A stretch of 42,795 nt of DNA. Source: Kiritimatiellia bacterium (lineage in GTDB: Bacteria > Verrucomicrobiota > Kiritimatiellia > RFP12 > UBA1067). The stretch covers positions 1 through 42,795 of the forward strand of contig JAGAEL010000039.1 in assembly GCA_017613085.1 (NCBI GenBank). Reading direction: 5' to 3'. The translations under genes and the position numbers were made by a program. Under the pieces are notes generated by a model that searched no databases, was not told the DNA's origin, and saw only the letters and a program-made list of their open reading frames with translations. Below, piece by piece: positions 19,078 through 28,765 of the stretch (positions are counted from its first letter, which is position 1; every line of letters begins with the position of its first letter).

Positions 19078-19842
19078 TTAAAGTTCTTTCACGCGGATGA
19101 AGCGGAAGTACGGTGCGGCTTTACCGTGGCGCCCTTGGAATCCGATTCGTCCGTGCGTCGGAATCTGCGACCAGGGGACGCTCAACCAGGAGGGGATGTC
19201 CGAACCGTCGGGATTTTTCTTCGCGTCTTTCCACACGGAGAGATCGGCGTCTACCGTGACTTCCCCGTTGACGGCCACACGGATCCGCTTGCCGACCGCC
19301 CAGACGGTCATGCGGTTCCACTCGCCGGCGGGTTTTGCGTTGTTGACTTTTGGCGCGAGGTGGCCGTAGAGGCCGCCGTTTCGTTCCGTCCCGTTCATCT
19401 TGCCGGGCTGGACCGCGTTGTCGTCGAGCAACTGGACTTCCACCGTTCCGGGGATCCAGTTCTTCTTGTTCACGCAGTAAACCAGGCAGCCGCTGTTCGC
19501 GCCGGGGTCGAGCTTGTACTCGAAATCGAGGATGAAGTTCTGGTAGTCGCGGTTCGACCAGATCGCGGAATCCTTGTTCGCGGTGAGGTCTCCTTCGTCA
19601 TTGATGAACCAGACGCCCTGTTCGAACTCCGCGTTCGCGAGGTCGAGGTCGAAGAGGGTGCGCCAGTTCGAGGAGTCGGGATGGACGCGGCGGGCCGGTT
19701 GCGCCCGTGCGGCGCGAACGACGTTTTCCGCCGTTACCGGGGCAGGCGTTTTTGCGGCGGGCTTCGTGTCGGCCGCAGGATTGTCGCCGACACATCCGGC
19801 GAGGATGAACGCGGTGGAGACGAACAGGGGAAGCGTTTTCAC
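19078..19842 (-). CDS. DUF1080 (3-keto-glycoside hydratase/hydrolase-like) lipoprotein
   Basis: ILAGC lipobox; NFILDFEYK..GANSG, EVQLLD, GEWN, GRIGFQ, FR.IRVKEL. Confidence 0.85.
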   Translation of the reverse strand: MKTLPLFVSTAFILAGCVGDNPAADTKPAAKTPAPVTAENVVRAARAQPARRVHPDSSNWRTLFDLDLANAEFEQGVWFINDEGDLTANKDSAIWSNRDYQNFILDFEYKLDPGANSGCLVYCVNKKNWIPGTVEVQLLDDNAVQPGKMNGTERNGGLYGHLAPKVNNAKPAGEWNRMTVWAVGKRIRVAVNGEVTVDADLSVWKDAKKNPDGSDIPSWLSVPWSQIPTHGRIGFQGRHGKAAPYFRFIRVKEL

Positions 19843-19860
19843 AGGTATACTCCTTTGCTC

Positions 19861-21885
19861 TTACTTACGGGTGAAGCGGGCGGTCCAGCCGCCGCCGGGG
19901 GCGAATTTGACGGGAAGCTTCTGCCCGGCATGGACGGTCACGGTCTTGTGCGCGTAGTCGGTCGCGTCGCGGTCCGCGTTCACGCCGTCGGCGAAAATCT
20001 CCGCGTTCCAGTCGCCCGCGCCGAGGAACGAGGTGTTGATCGCGATGGTCTTCTTGTTCCAGCCGCAGATCGCGGCGGCATACCAGGCTTCGCCCTTGCG
20101 GCGCGCGAGCGCGGCATACCCGTCCATCTCGCCCCCGAGCGCCTTGGTGTCGTCCCACGTGGTGGGCACCTGGCTCATGAAGTTGAAGCACTCCTGGTTG
20201 GCGAGATACTGCGAGGGGGAATCGCAGAGCATCTGCAACGGCGCTTCGAAAAGCGTCATCAGCGCCATCTGGTGGACGCGGGTGCCCGGTGCGCCGGGGG
20301 TGGCGGGCGTAGGCCGCCATTCCTTGCGGAGAATGTTGCGCATCGCGCCGGGGGTGTAGTCCATCGGCCCCGCGAGCATCCGCGTGAAGACGAGTGTGCA
20401 GTCTTTCACCGGCATGTACTCGCCACACGCTTGGCTCCACTTGCACTGTTCAAGGCCGTGTACCCCCTCGAAGTTGAGGACGTTCGGGTAACGGCGCTGG
20501 ATGCCCGACGGCTTGTACATACCGTGGTAGTCGATTAACAGCTTGTGGCGGGCGGCGACCGCCGCCATCTTCTCCAGGAAGTTGACCATCGCCTGGTCGT
20601 CGCGGTCCATGAAGTCGATCTTGAATCCCTTCACGCCCATCTTCGCGTAGTGCGCGGCAACCTCCTCTTCGCGACCGAGGAACTGCGCCCACGCCGCCCA
20701 GAGGATGATGCCGACGCCGCGCTCGTTCGCGTACTTCACGAGGTGCGGGACATCGACCTCCGGGTTGAACTCGAAAATCTGGAGATGCTTCGACCAGCCT
20801 TCGTCGAAGATGACGTACTCCACCCCCGTCTTCTTCGCGAAGTCGATGAAGTACTCGTAGGTTTTCGTGTTGCAGCCGGCGCGGAAATCCACGCCGATCA
20901 CGTTCCAGCGGTTCCACCAGTCCCAGGCGACCTTGCCCGGCTTGATCCAGTCGTCGTCCCCGATCACGCTCGGCGAAGCCAGCGCGTAGACGATGTCGGC
21001 TTCCACGAGTTTCGCCGTGCTGTCCGCCAGCATGAAGACGCGCCAGGGGAAGGTGCGTTCGCCGTCCGTTCCCGCGATGAACGCCTCTCTGGACTGGACG
21101 CGCTGGTAGCGCGTGGGGTGGTCGGTGTACTTCATCTGCCAGTCGTAGAAGCGCGTCTTCTTCGGATAGCGGGCGAAGACGCCGACAAGCTTCTTCGCGT
21201 CCTGCGCGTCGCGGACGTAGTTCCAGCCCGCGTAGTCGCGAAGGTCGGTCTCGGTGACGCACATTGCCGCGCCGTTGAACTCGAACGTGAGGGGCGCGTA
21301 CCAGATGTTCTTTGCGCTGTCCGTCGGCGCGGCTTCGACCGTCCGCCGTTCGTAGACGCCCTCCCAGCTGCACTGGAGCGGATCGTTCTCTCCGCCGCCG
21401 TTGTTGAACGCGGCGTAGACGCACTGCGAGGCGTCCGCGAACGCAACCTCCGCCGTTTCGTCAACCACCTTGATCCGCCCGTTCATCGACGTGAAGAAGC
21501 GGTAGGCGACACCGTCGTCGCGGGCGGTGAGGTCTATTCCCCAGTCGTCCTCAAAGATCAACCGCTTGCTCTGCGCGAGTTCGTCGATAGACGCCTTCTT
21601 ATAGACCGGCGTCGCGACGACTTTACCCTTGCACGACGTATCCTTCGTGCCTTGCAGCTTGGGGGCAATGCCGAGCGTGCCCTTCCCCGCGAGCGTGAGG
21701 GCGATGGCGTTCGGACCGGAAAGGCGTTTGCCGTTCCTCAAGATTTCACAGGAAAGGTTCGGCTCGGTGTTGACGCGGATCTCGTTCGCGCCGTCCGGGG
21801 ACTTGACGCTAACGGTTTCGGCAGAAAGCGTCCATGTAAACGCGGCGCCCAACGCCGCAACGAGATGGAATTTGTTGGTGGACAT
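19861..21885 (-). CDS. glycoside hydrolase family 97 (alpha-glucosidase/galactosidase)
   Basis: SPDG N-terminus, FPWRV, WIKPGKVAWDWW, GFKIDFMDRDDQ, EGVHGLE, GPMDYTPG. Confidence 0.93.
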   Translation of the reverse strand: MSTNKFHLVAALGAAFTWTLSAETVSVKSPDGANEIRVNTEPNLSCEILRNGKRLSGPNAIALTLAGKGTLGIAPKLQGTKDTSCKGKVVATPVYKKASIDELAQSKRLIFEDDWGIDLTARDDGVAYRFFTSMNGRIKVVDETAEVAFADASQCVYAAFNNGGGENDPLQCSWEGVYERRTVEAAPTDSAKNIWYAPLTFEFNGAAMCVTETDLRDYAGWNYVRDAQDAKKLVGVFARYPKKTRFYDWQMKYTDHPTRYQRVQSREAFIAGTDGERTFPWRVFMLADSTAKLVEADIVYALASPSVIGDDDWIKPGKVAWDWWNRWNVIGVDFRAGCNTKTYEYFIDFAKKTGVEYVIFDEGWSKHLQIFEFNPEVDVPHLVKYANERGVGIILWAAWAQFLGREEEVAAHYAKMGVKGFKIDFMDRDDQAMVNFLEKMAAVAARHKLLIDYHGMYKPSGIQRRYPNVLNFEGVHGLEQCKWSQACGEYMPVKDCTLVFTRMLAGPMDYTPGAMRNILRKEWRPTPATPGAPGTRVHQMALMTLFEAPLQMLCDSPSQYLANQECFNFMSQVPTTWDDTKALGGEMDGYAALARRKGEAWYAAAICGWNKKTIAINTSFLGAGDWNAEIFADGVNADRDATDYAHKTVTVHAGQKLPVKFAPGGGWTARFTRK

Positions 21886-21917
21886 GGGGATTCCTTTCTT
21901 GATTCGTAAACAAAAGG

Positions 21918-22724
21918 TTACTCGATTCCGGGAGGCGGCTGCGGCTGTTCGTTCTGTTCGCGCTCCAGCTCCTCCTCCTGACGCTGTTTTTCAATCTCCT
22001 GGAGGGCGGCCTGTTTCGCCATTTCGACCAGCTTCTTAGCCTGTTCCTCGTTCTGCTTCTTGGCCAGCGCCGCCTGTTCCTTGCGTTCACGTTCCGTACG
22101 CGCGGCACGTTCCTTCATGCGCTCCATGAAGGACGACCCGGCGGGGGGGATCGGGGCTGGCGGCAAACTGGAAGGCTGCCGGACGCTGCGCGGCGTGACG
22201 GCGGGCGAGGCGGGGGCGGCGGCCACGGAAACCGTGTTCGACATCGTGGCGCCTTTTGAACCGGCGGGGGCGTCGATCAACCCTTCGCCCAGCTTCATGG
22301 TGATTACGATATCGTCCTTCTTCAGCTGCGCCCACTCCTTGTCGTAGTCCGCATCGACGATCGACCAGCCCTTCCGCTCATCGCCCACCGCCATATAGAA
22401 GTTGATCGGGGGCTTTTCGTTCGTGTCCGTGAACCCGACCATCACTTCGCCATCGGGGTTGATATTCACGCAAGAGACCTTCACGCCCTTCGCCAGCTGT
22501 TGCTGTTCGACACGGACCTCCTCGGCGGTTTTCAACTCCTCCTCGGTCATCGCGGGAGCAGGCTCCGGATCGCCGTTCTCCGAGAAATTCGGGGGCAGCG
22601 GCCCGAACGGCATCCGGTCGAGAATCGACTGATAACGGTCGATGGTATACGGCTTGTAGGTCTGCGCCGCCGAAACGGCCCCGCAACACGCCAGGGCGGT
22701 CAAGATGGAAAACACAAATTTCAT
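21918..22724 (-). CDS. secreted hypothetical protein with Pro-rich linker and coiled-coil tail
   Basis: Signal peptide MKFVFSILTALACCGAVSA; biased coding frame. Confidence 0.65.
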   Translation of the reverse strand: MKFVFSILTALACCGAVSAAQTYKPYTIDRYQSILDRMPFGPLPPNFSENGDPEPAPAMTEEELKTAEEVRVEQQQLAKGVKVSCVNINPDGEVMVGFTDTNEKPPINFYMAVGDERKGWSIVDADYDKEWAQLKKDDIVITMKLGEGLIDAPAGSKGATMSNTVSVAAAPASPAVTPRSVRQPSSLPPAPIPPAGSSFMERMKERAARTERERKEQAALAKKQNEEQAKKLVEMAKQAALQEIEKQRQEEELEREQNEQPQPPPGIE

Positions 22725-22945
22725 GCCTGAAAGGATACCAGAAATTCCCCCTCCTGAAAAGCAAAAACACACGGGCAACGTAATGAAAAATACCTTGCCC
22801 CAATCGGCGGATTTCTGGTAACCTCCTTTTGACGGCTATCGAGAGGTGGGGCGCGCGGTAACGCGTCCTTACCGGATTTGTGCCCGCTGTCCCGTTTGTA
22901 CGATTCGCGGATGCATCGCCGTGAAATAGTTTGTTTCGGGATGGC

Positions 22946-22974
22946 TTGCTTTTCCGTAGAGAAAGCGGTATACT
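22946..22974 (+). promoter_or_regulatory. sigma70 promoter of the double-DUF1080 gene
   Basis: TTGCTT-N17-TATACT. Confidence 0.6.
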
Positions 22975-23029
22975 GGACGCCGTGATTGTTGAGGTGCGTA
23001 TCCTCAAAACAGGGACAAAGGAGTTAGAG

Positions 23030-24499
23030 ATGAAAACGTTATTGAGCACGTTGTTTTCCGCGGTCGTCTTCTCCGCGGTTGTTGCACAGGCCGCCGGATC
23101 GGCCTATCCCGCAGAACTGGATGACGAGGGTTTTGTCTCCCTCTTCAACGGCAAGGACCTCACGGGCTGGGTCGGCTCGAAGTCGTACGGTGTCGAAATC
23201 TGCACGAACAAACTCGCCAACGGTACGGTGAGCGTGTTCCCCGTGATCGCCTGCCAGCCAGGGAAGGGTAAAGGCGGGGGCGGTAACCTCTGCACGGAGA
23301 AGGAGTACGAGAACTTCATTCTGCGTTTTGAGTTCGTCATGCCGCCCAACGGCAATAATGGATTGGGTATCCGTATCTCCGATATCAACAAGGACGCCGC
23401 GTACTGGGCGATGTGCGAGCTGCAGCTTCTCGACGACGGCGGTCCTTCGTATTACGACAAGAAGGCGGGCAAGGACAAACTCAAACCCTATCAGTACACG
23501 GGGTCTATCTATGGCATCGTGCCGTCCCGCCGCGACAATACGGGCAAGCAGGTCTGGGGGAAGGATCGGAACTTCACAGGCGGCGGAAGCTACGTGCGTA
23601 AGCCCGGTATGTGGAACTTCGAGGAGGTGAAGGTGATCGGTAGCGAGATCGAGGTCTACCTCAACGGTTACCTCATCACCAAGGGCGATGTCTCGAAGTT
23701 CAAGGGGGACGGCGACACGCCCGACCATCGGAAGCACCCCGGCCTCCACAACAAGAAAGGGCGTATCGGCTGGCTCGGCCACGGGCATCACGTCATGTGG
23801 CGCAACATCCGCGTGAAGGAACTTCCGGCCGATGCGAAGATGGGCGCAGTCTGCCCGAAGCAGACCATGCCTTGCCCGGCTGGCTTCACGACGTACTTCG
23901 CCGGCAAGGAAGCCGATCTCGCCAATTGGAAGGGCGTGACGACCGAGAAGAAGTTCGACAACCCGGTCGTCCGCCAGGCGGCGACGCCAGAGCAGCGCGC
24001 CGAGATGCAGGCGGTCGCCGACAAGGGGATGCGCGAACATTGGCACGTCCGCAACGGCAATCTCTTCTTCGACGGGTACAAGGGCGGTTACTCGCTCGCC
24101 ACCAAGCGCGACTACAAGGACTTCGAGATGTGGGCCGACTGGCGCATCATGTCCATCACGGGCGACTCCGGCCTCTACCTTCGCGGTTCGCCGCAGGTGC
24201 AGATCTGGGACGCGCACAACCAGTGGGGCATCGGCTCCGGCGGTCTCTACAACAACAAGAAGAATCCCTCCAAGGCGCTTAAGATCGCGGACAAGCAGGT
24301 CGGCGACTGGAACCGCTTCCATGTGATTATGAGGGGCGAGAAGGTCACGGTGTGGCTGAACGGCGAACTCGTGGTCGATAACGTCACGCTGGAGAACTAC
24401 TGGGACCGCAAGCGTCCGATCTTCCCGGTGGAACAGATCGAACTGCAGTGCCACGGCGATCCGACCGAATGGCGCAACATCTTTATCCGCGAACTGTAA
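23030..24499 (+). CDS. secreted tandem DUF1080-domain protein
   Basis: AAGGAG RBS; LFNGKDLTGW, NNGLGIR, ELQLLD; second domain DSGLYLRG.PQVQIWD, IELQCHG, WRNIFIREL. Confidence 0.9.
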   Translation: MKTLLSTLFSAVVFSAVVAQAAGSAYPAELDDEGFVSLFNGKDLTGWVGSKSYGVEICTNKLANGTVSVFPVIACQPGKGKGGGGNLCTEKEYENFILRFEFVMPPNGNNGLGIRISDINKDAAYWAMCELQLLDDGGPSYYDKKAGKDKLKPYQYTGSIYGIVPSRRDNTGKQVWGKDRNFTGGGSYVRKPGMWNFEEVKVIGSEIEVYLNGYLITKGDVSKFKGDGDTPDHRKHPGLHNKKGRIGWLGHGHHVMWRNIRVKELPADAKMGAVCPKQTMPCPAGFTTYFAGKEADLANWKGVTTEKKFDNPVVRQAATPEQRAEMQAVADKGMREHWHVRNGNLFFDGYKGGYSLATKRDYKDFEMWADWRIMSITGDSGLYLRGSPQVQIWDAHNQWGIGSGGLYNNKKNPSKALKIADKQVGDWNRFHVIMRGEKVTVWLNGELVVDNVTLENYWDRKRPIFPVEQIELQCHGDPTEWRNIFIREL

Positions 24500-24506
24500 T
24501 CGTTCT

Positions 24507-25874
24507 ATGACGCAAGACGACCTCTTCCAGTTCTACGAAGGGGACGAGCAGCCGCACGCGGTCGAGAAATCGCCGCTGGAACAGCAGCCTCTCGCCGCAC
24601 GGATGCGCCCCGTCTCGCTGGACGAGGTCGTCGGCCAGGAGCATATCCTCGGACCGGGGAAGCTCCTGCGCCGGATTATCGAGGCGGATCGCCTCGCGAA
24701 TTTAATTTTTTACGGTCCGCCGGGGTGTGGCAAGACAACGCTCGCCGAGGTGATCGCGCATGTCACGATGCGCCGGTTCGAGCGGACGAGCGGGGTGTTG
24801 TCGAACGTCGCCCAGTTGCGCGACATCTGCGAACGGGCGAAACTGTACAACGGTGCGCGCGGCACCGTTTTGTTTGTCGATGAGATCCACCGTTTCAGCA
24901 AATCCCAGCAGGATGTGCTGTTGCCGTACGTCGAGAACGGGACGGTTACGCTGGTCGGGGCGACCACCCACAACCCGAATATTTTCGTCAACAGCCCGCT
25001 TACCTCGCGTTCGCTCGTGTTTGAGTTGCACGCCCTCTCGCCGGAGGCGATTAAACAGCTTCTGGCGCGGGCGCTGGCGGACGAAGGTCGCGGCCTGGGG
25101 AGTTTCCACGCGGTGCTGGATCCGGAAGCCGCCGATTTTCTCGCGGAGATCTGCGACGGCGACGCCCGCCGCGCGTTGACCGCGCTGGAGGTCGCCGTCC
25201 GTTCCACGCCGGCCTCCGAAGACGGGACGATTCACGTCACCCCCGCCGTGATGGAGGATTGCGTCCAGCGCAAGATGGTGCTGTATGACAAATCGGAAGA
25301 CGGGCATTACGACACGATTTCCGCATTTATCAAATCCGTGCGCGGTTCGGATCCCCACGCCGCCGTCTACTGGCTGGCGAAGATGCTGGAGGCGGGGGAA
25401 GATCCCCGTTTCATTGCGCGGCGGTTGATCATCCTCGCTTCCGAAGACATCGGCAACGCCGATCCGCGCGGTTTGAGCGTCGCCGTTGCCGCCATGCAGG
25501 CGGTCGAATTCATCGGAATGCCCGAAGGGCGCATTTCGCTTGCCCAGGCGACGACCTACCTTGCGACTGCGCCGAAAAGCAACGCCGCCTACCTCGCGGT
25601 GGACGAGGCGTTGCAGGATGTCCGTTCCGGCCGCGTCCTGGCGGTCCCGGAACATTTGAAAAACGTCCATGTCGAAGCGACGGGAAAAGAGACCGCGCAG
25701 GCGTACAAGTATCCGCACGATTTTGAAGGACACATCGTCCGGCAGGACTACCTTCCTGTTGACAAGACGTACTACCGTCCCACGGATCAGGGGTACGAGG
25801 CGACCATTGCGAAACGGATGGCGTGGTTCGCGGAACAAGCGAAGTCCCGCGAGGGCGAAGGGGAGGGGGCGTGA
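24507..25874 (+). CDS. rarA: replication-associated recombination protein A (RarA/MgsA)
   Basis: PLAARMRP, GPPGCGKTT, DEIHRF, GATT.NP, ISAFIKSVRGSDP, SEDIGNADP. Confidence 0.95.
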   Translation: MTQDDLFQFYEGDEQPHAVEKSPLEQQPLAARMRPVSLDEVVGQEHILGPGKLLRRIIEADRLANLIFYGPPGCGKTTLAEVIAHVTMRRFERTSGVLSNVAQLRDICERAKLYNGARGTVLFVDEIHRFSKSQQDVLLPYVENGTVTLVGATTHNPNIFVNSPLTSRSLVFELHALSPEAIKQLLARALADEGRGLGSFHAVLDPEAADFLAEICDGDARRALTALEVAVRSTPASEDGTIHVTPAVMEDCVQRKMVLYDKSEDGHYDTISAFIKSVRGSDPHAAVYWLAKMLEAGEDPRFIARRLIILASEDIGNADPRGLSVAVAAMQAVEFIGMPEGRISLAQATTYLATAPKSNAAYLAVDEALQDVRSGRVLAVPEHLKNVHVEATGKETAQAYKYPHDFEGHIVRQDYLPVDKTYYRPTDQGYEATIAKRMAWFAEQAKSREGEGEGA

Positions 25875-26578
25875 TGGATTCATTTTCGATGACGTTGGCG
25901 CTTCGGCTTTTGCTTGCGACCCTGTTCGGCGGGCTGATCGGGTTGGAGCGTGAATACCGGGCGAAAGAGGCGGGGTTGCGGACGCATTTCCTTGTCGCGC
26001 TGGGATCCGCGTTGTTTATGATCGTTTCGCAGTTCGGTTTCACCGGAACGCTGGAGATGATCCTTGCCAAGCAGGGCGCGGAGTTTCCGGTTCATGCGGA
26101 TGTCGGGCGCCTCGCCGCGCAGATTGTCACGGGGATCGGTTTCCTCGGTGCCGGGACGATTGTCCTGCACCGTCATTTCGTGGTCGGGCTGACGACGGCG
26201 GCTGCAATCTGGACGACTTCCGCGATCGGCGTTGCCGTCGGTGCGGGAATGTACACGCTCGGCGCGGTGGCTACCCTCCTCGCGTTGGCGGGACTTGAAT
26301 TATTTATTCTTGTGGACAAGCGTGTCAACAAGGTGCGCCGCGAATTGCAGGTCTCGCTGTGGGCGGAGAACGACGAAGCTGTGAGTGAAGCCGTCCGCGC
26401 ATTGACCGCGTACAAGGGCGCGATTCTCTCGGCCTATTCCGCACGGCGCCACAGCGGCGGCGGAATCACAGCGACCTTCACGCTGGCGGCCCCTGTCAAC
26501 TCGCTGACACCCTCCATGGTCTTGTCCACGCTCGGAAAAATCAAGGGCGTGGAAACCGAAACCGTCACGCAAGAGTGA
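25874..26578 (+). CDS. mgtC: MgtC/SapB family membrane protein
   Basis: GGLIGLERE, AGLRTH, RLAAQIVTGIGFLGAG, GLTTAA. Confidence 0.9.
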   Translation: MDSFSMTLALRLLLATLFGGLIGLEREYRAKEAGLRTHFLVALGSALFMIVSQFGFTGTLEMILAKQGAEFPVHADVGRLAAQIVTGIGFLGAGTIVLHRHFVVGLTTAAAIWTTSAIGVAVGAGMYTLGAVATLLALAGLELFILVDKRVNKVRRELQVSLWAENDEAVSEAVRALTAYKGAILSAYSARRHSGGGITATFTLAAPVNSLTPSMVLSTLGKIKGVETETVTQE

Positions 26579-26595
26579 CGGGTGATTGCTCGCGA

Positions 26596-26619
26596 TCGAT
26601 AGCCGTCGATAGCCGCCGA
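26596..26619. repeat. 10-nt tandem micro-repeat between convergent genes
   Basis: TCGATAGCCG x2 + CCGA. Confidence 0.5.
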
Positions 26620-26636
26620 AACACGACCTCCCGAAA

Positions 26637-27659
26637 TCACCGCGCGCGAGGCGGCGGGGTCTTCTTCGGGGCGGGACGGTTTTTCGGCGTTCCGCTCTTA
26701 CGTTTCATAAACGCTTCGGCCTGGCGGAGGTCTTGTTCGGAAACTTGGCCGATTTCGTGAAGCTGCATCGTTTTGCAAAGTCGCAGAAGCAATTTTGCGT
26801 TCAGGGGGAAATGGACGTGGACATCGTTCCCTTTCGCCGCGATGTGCGCGATCTTGGCGAGTTCCGCCAGTTCGTTCGGCTCTTTACGATACAGGAACAA
26901 CCCTTTCGCCGCGAACAACGCCTGTTGCATGCCCTGCGCCGCTTGCGGGGAGTCGGTGTGCAGTGTAATGCGGAAGTCGGCCCGGTCGTGTCCCGGCGCG
27001 TCAAGCGTCAACTCGGCAGACGTCGCCAGCGCGAGTCCGGCTGAAAGGATCGGGTTGACGGCGAATTGTTGCGGATTCCCCGTGTACATCGTGGCGATAC
27101 GCGACTTTGTACGGACAAGGGAACGGGCGGACGGGGCGGTCGGCGGAAGCCCCCGCCTTACTCCGGCTACACAGTCGATCGCGCGCAGGACGCCCTCTTT
27201 CCGCGATCCCGCGAGAACGATACCGGGTGTCGGTAACGCGAGGAAATACATACTTCCGTTCTGCATACGGTAGGTGTGGATGTCGGTTTTCCGGTAGACC
27301 TCTTTTCGTGTGCCGCGCATGGCGAGCGTCTGTGCGATAAGGCGGGCGTCGAACCGTCCTGTCACGTAGACGAGGTCGGGATCGTCCAGTTGGCGGTTGC
27401 CGAGGAAGATGACCTCTTCGAGATCCTGCGAGAGGTCGATCCCTGAATGGAGTTTGAACAGGCGGACACGTCTGGCGAGCGTTTCACGGTTGCGCGGGAA
27501 GAGGTTGTCCAGGAGACGGGAGATCAACGGCGAATCGCCGCCCGCATGGATGTCGAGCCGGACGGCCCAGTCGTATCCGGCAGGGATGCGGGAAAGGTCT
27601 GCCGCCCACGCGGCGGCGCAAAGGCAAAGCGCGGACAGGAGGATGGATAATTTTTTCAT
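26637..27659 (-). CDS. secreted hypothetical protein
   Basis: Signal peptide MKKLSILLSALCLCAAAWA; ATGA overlap with the rlmN stop. Confidence 0.7.
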   Translation of the reverse strand: MKKLSILLSALCLCAAAWAADLSRIPAGYDWAVRLDIHAGGDSPLISRLLDNLFPRNRETLARRVRLFKLHSGIDLSQDLEEVIFLGNRQLDDPDLVYVTGRFDARLIAQTLAMRGTRKEVYRKTDIHTYRMQNGSMYFLALPTPGIVLAGSRKEGVLRAIDCVAGVRRGLPPTAPSARSLVRTKSRIATMYTGNPQQFAVNPILSAGLALATSAELTLDAPGHDRADFRITLHTDSPQAAQGMQQALFAAKGLFLYRKEPNELAELAKIAHIAAKGNDVHVHFPLNAKLLLRLCKTMQLHEIGQVSEQDLRQAEAFMKRKSGTPKNRPAPKKTPPPRAR

Positions 27660-28765
27660 GGCGTGTTTCCCCCTTCTCCGGGAGAGGTTGTTGTGAGACG
27701 GCGGAGGCGGAGCTGGCCGCAGGCGGCATCGACATCGCCTCCGCGTGAGTTCCGCATGGTCGTGGGAATTTTCGCGCGCATCAGCTGGTCGAGGAAGGCG
27801 AGGCACGAAGCGTTGTCCGGGCGGCGTCCGGCGAACCCTTCGACGGGGCTGAGCGGGATGAGGTTGACCTTGCACGGGAGTGCGCGGAGAAGCGAAATGA
27901 GTTCGTCGGCGTGGTGTGGCTGGTCGTTGATCTGGCGGATGAGGGTGTATTCAAAGGTGACGAGCCTTCCCGTCGCCTTCGTGTATTCGGCACAGGCGGG
28001 GATGAGTTCTTCGAGCGGCCATTTCCGGCTCACCGGCATGAGTCCTTTCCGCAGCTCCTGGTTCGGCGCGTGGAGCGAGACGGAGAGTTCAAACTGCAAC
28101 CCCTCTCCGGCGAGACGGCGGATGCCGGGGACGACGCCGCAGGTGCTGAGTGTGATGTGGCGCGCGCCGACATCGAGTCCTTTCTGGGCGTTCAGGATTT
28201 TCAACGCCTTCAACACGTTGTCGTAGTTGTCGAACGGTTCGCCCATGCCCATCACGACGAGGTTGGAGGGGCGTGTGAACGTTCCCGCCCGTCCGCTCAG
28301 GAAGCGGACGGCCTCCATGACCTGTGCGACGATCTCCGCCGTCGTGAGGTCGCGCGTCTTGCCGAGGCGGCCGCTGGCGCAGAACGCGCAGCGGAAATTG
28401 CATCCGGCCTGTGTGGAGATGCATTGCGTCATCCGGTCTTTGGAGGGGATAAGGACGCTCTCGATCGTTTCGCCGTCGGAGGCACAGGCGAGCAGCAGTT
28501 TGACGGTGCCGTCCTGCGAAGGCTTCGCTTCGACGATCCGCATGGCCTCGATCGGCACCTGTGCGGCGAGCGTCTGGCGCAGGGGCGCGGGTAGGGTGGT
28601 GAACGCCTCCCAGTCGGACGCGGCCTCCTTGTAGAGCGACTTGAAAATCTGGTCGGCGCGGAAACGGGGCTGCCCGAAAACCTCTTTCAGGGCAAGCTGC
28701 CATTCCTCGTGGTTCAGCCCGTAGGCGGGGCAGGGGAAGTTCGGGAGCGTCGTGTTACTTTCCAT
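27656..28765 (-). CDS. rlmN: 23S rRNA/tRNA adenine C2-methyltransferase RlmN
   Basis: CNFRCAFC radical-SAM motif, MGMGEP, SLHAP, VNLIP, DVDAACGQL. Confidence 0.93.
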   Translation of the reverse strand: MESNTTLPNFPCPAYGLNHEEWQLALKEVFGQPRFRADQIFKSLYKEAASDWEAFTTLPAPLRQTLAAQVPIEAMRIVEAKPSQDGTVKLLLACASDGETIESVLIPSKDRMTQCISTQAGCNFRCAFCASGRLGKTRDLTTAEIVAQVMEAVRFLSGRAGTFTRPSNLVVMGMGEPFDNYDNVLKALKILNAQKGLDVGARHITLSTCGVVPGIRRLAGEGLQFELSVSLHAPNQELRKGLMPVSRKWPLEELIPACAEYTKATGRLVTFEYTLIRQINDQPHHADELISLLRALPCKVNLIPLSPVEGFAGRRPDNASCLAFLDQLMRAKIPTTMRNSRGGDVDAACGQLRLRRLTTTSPGEGGNTP

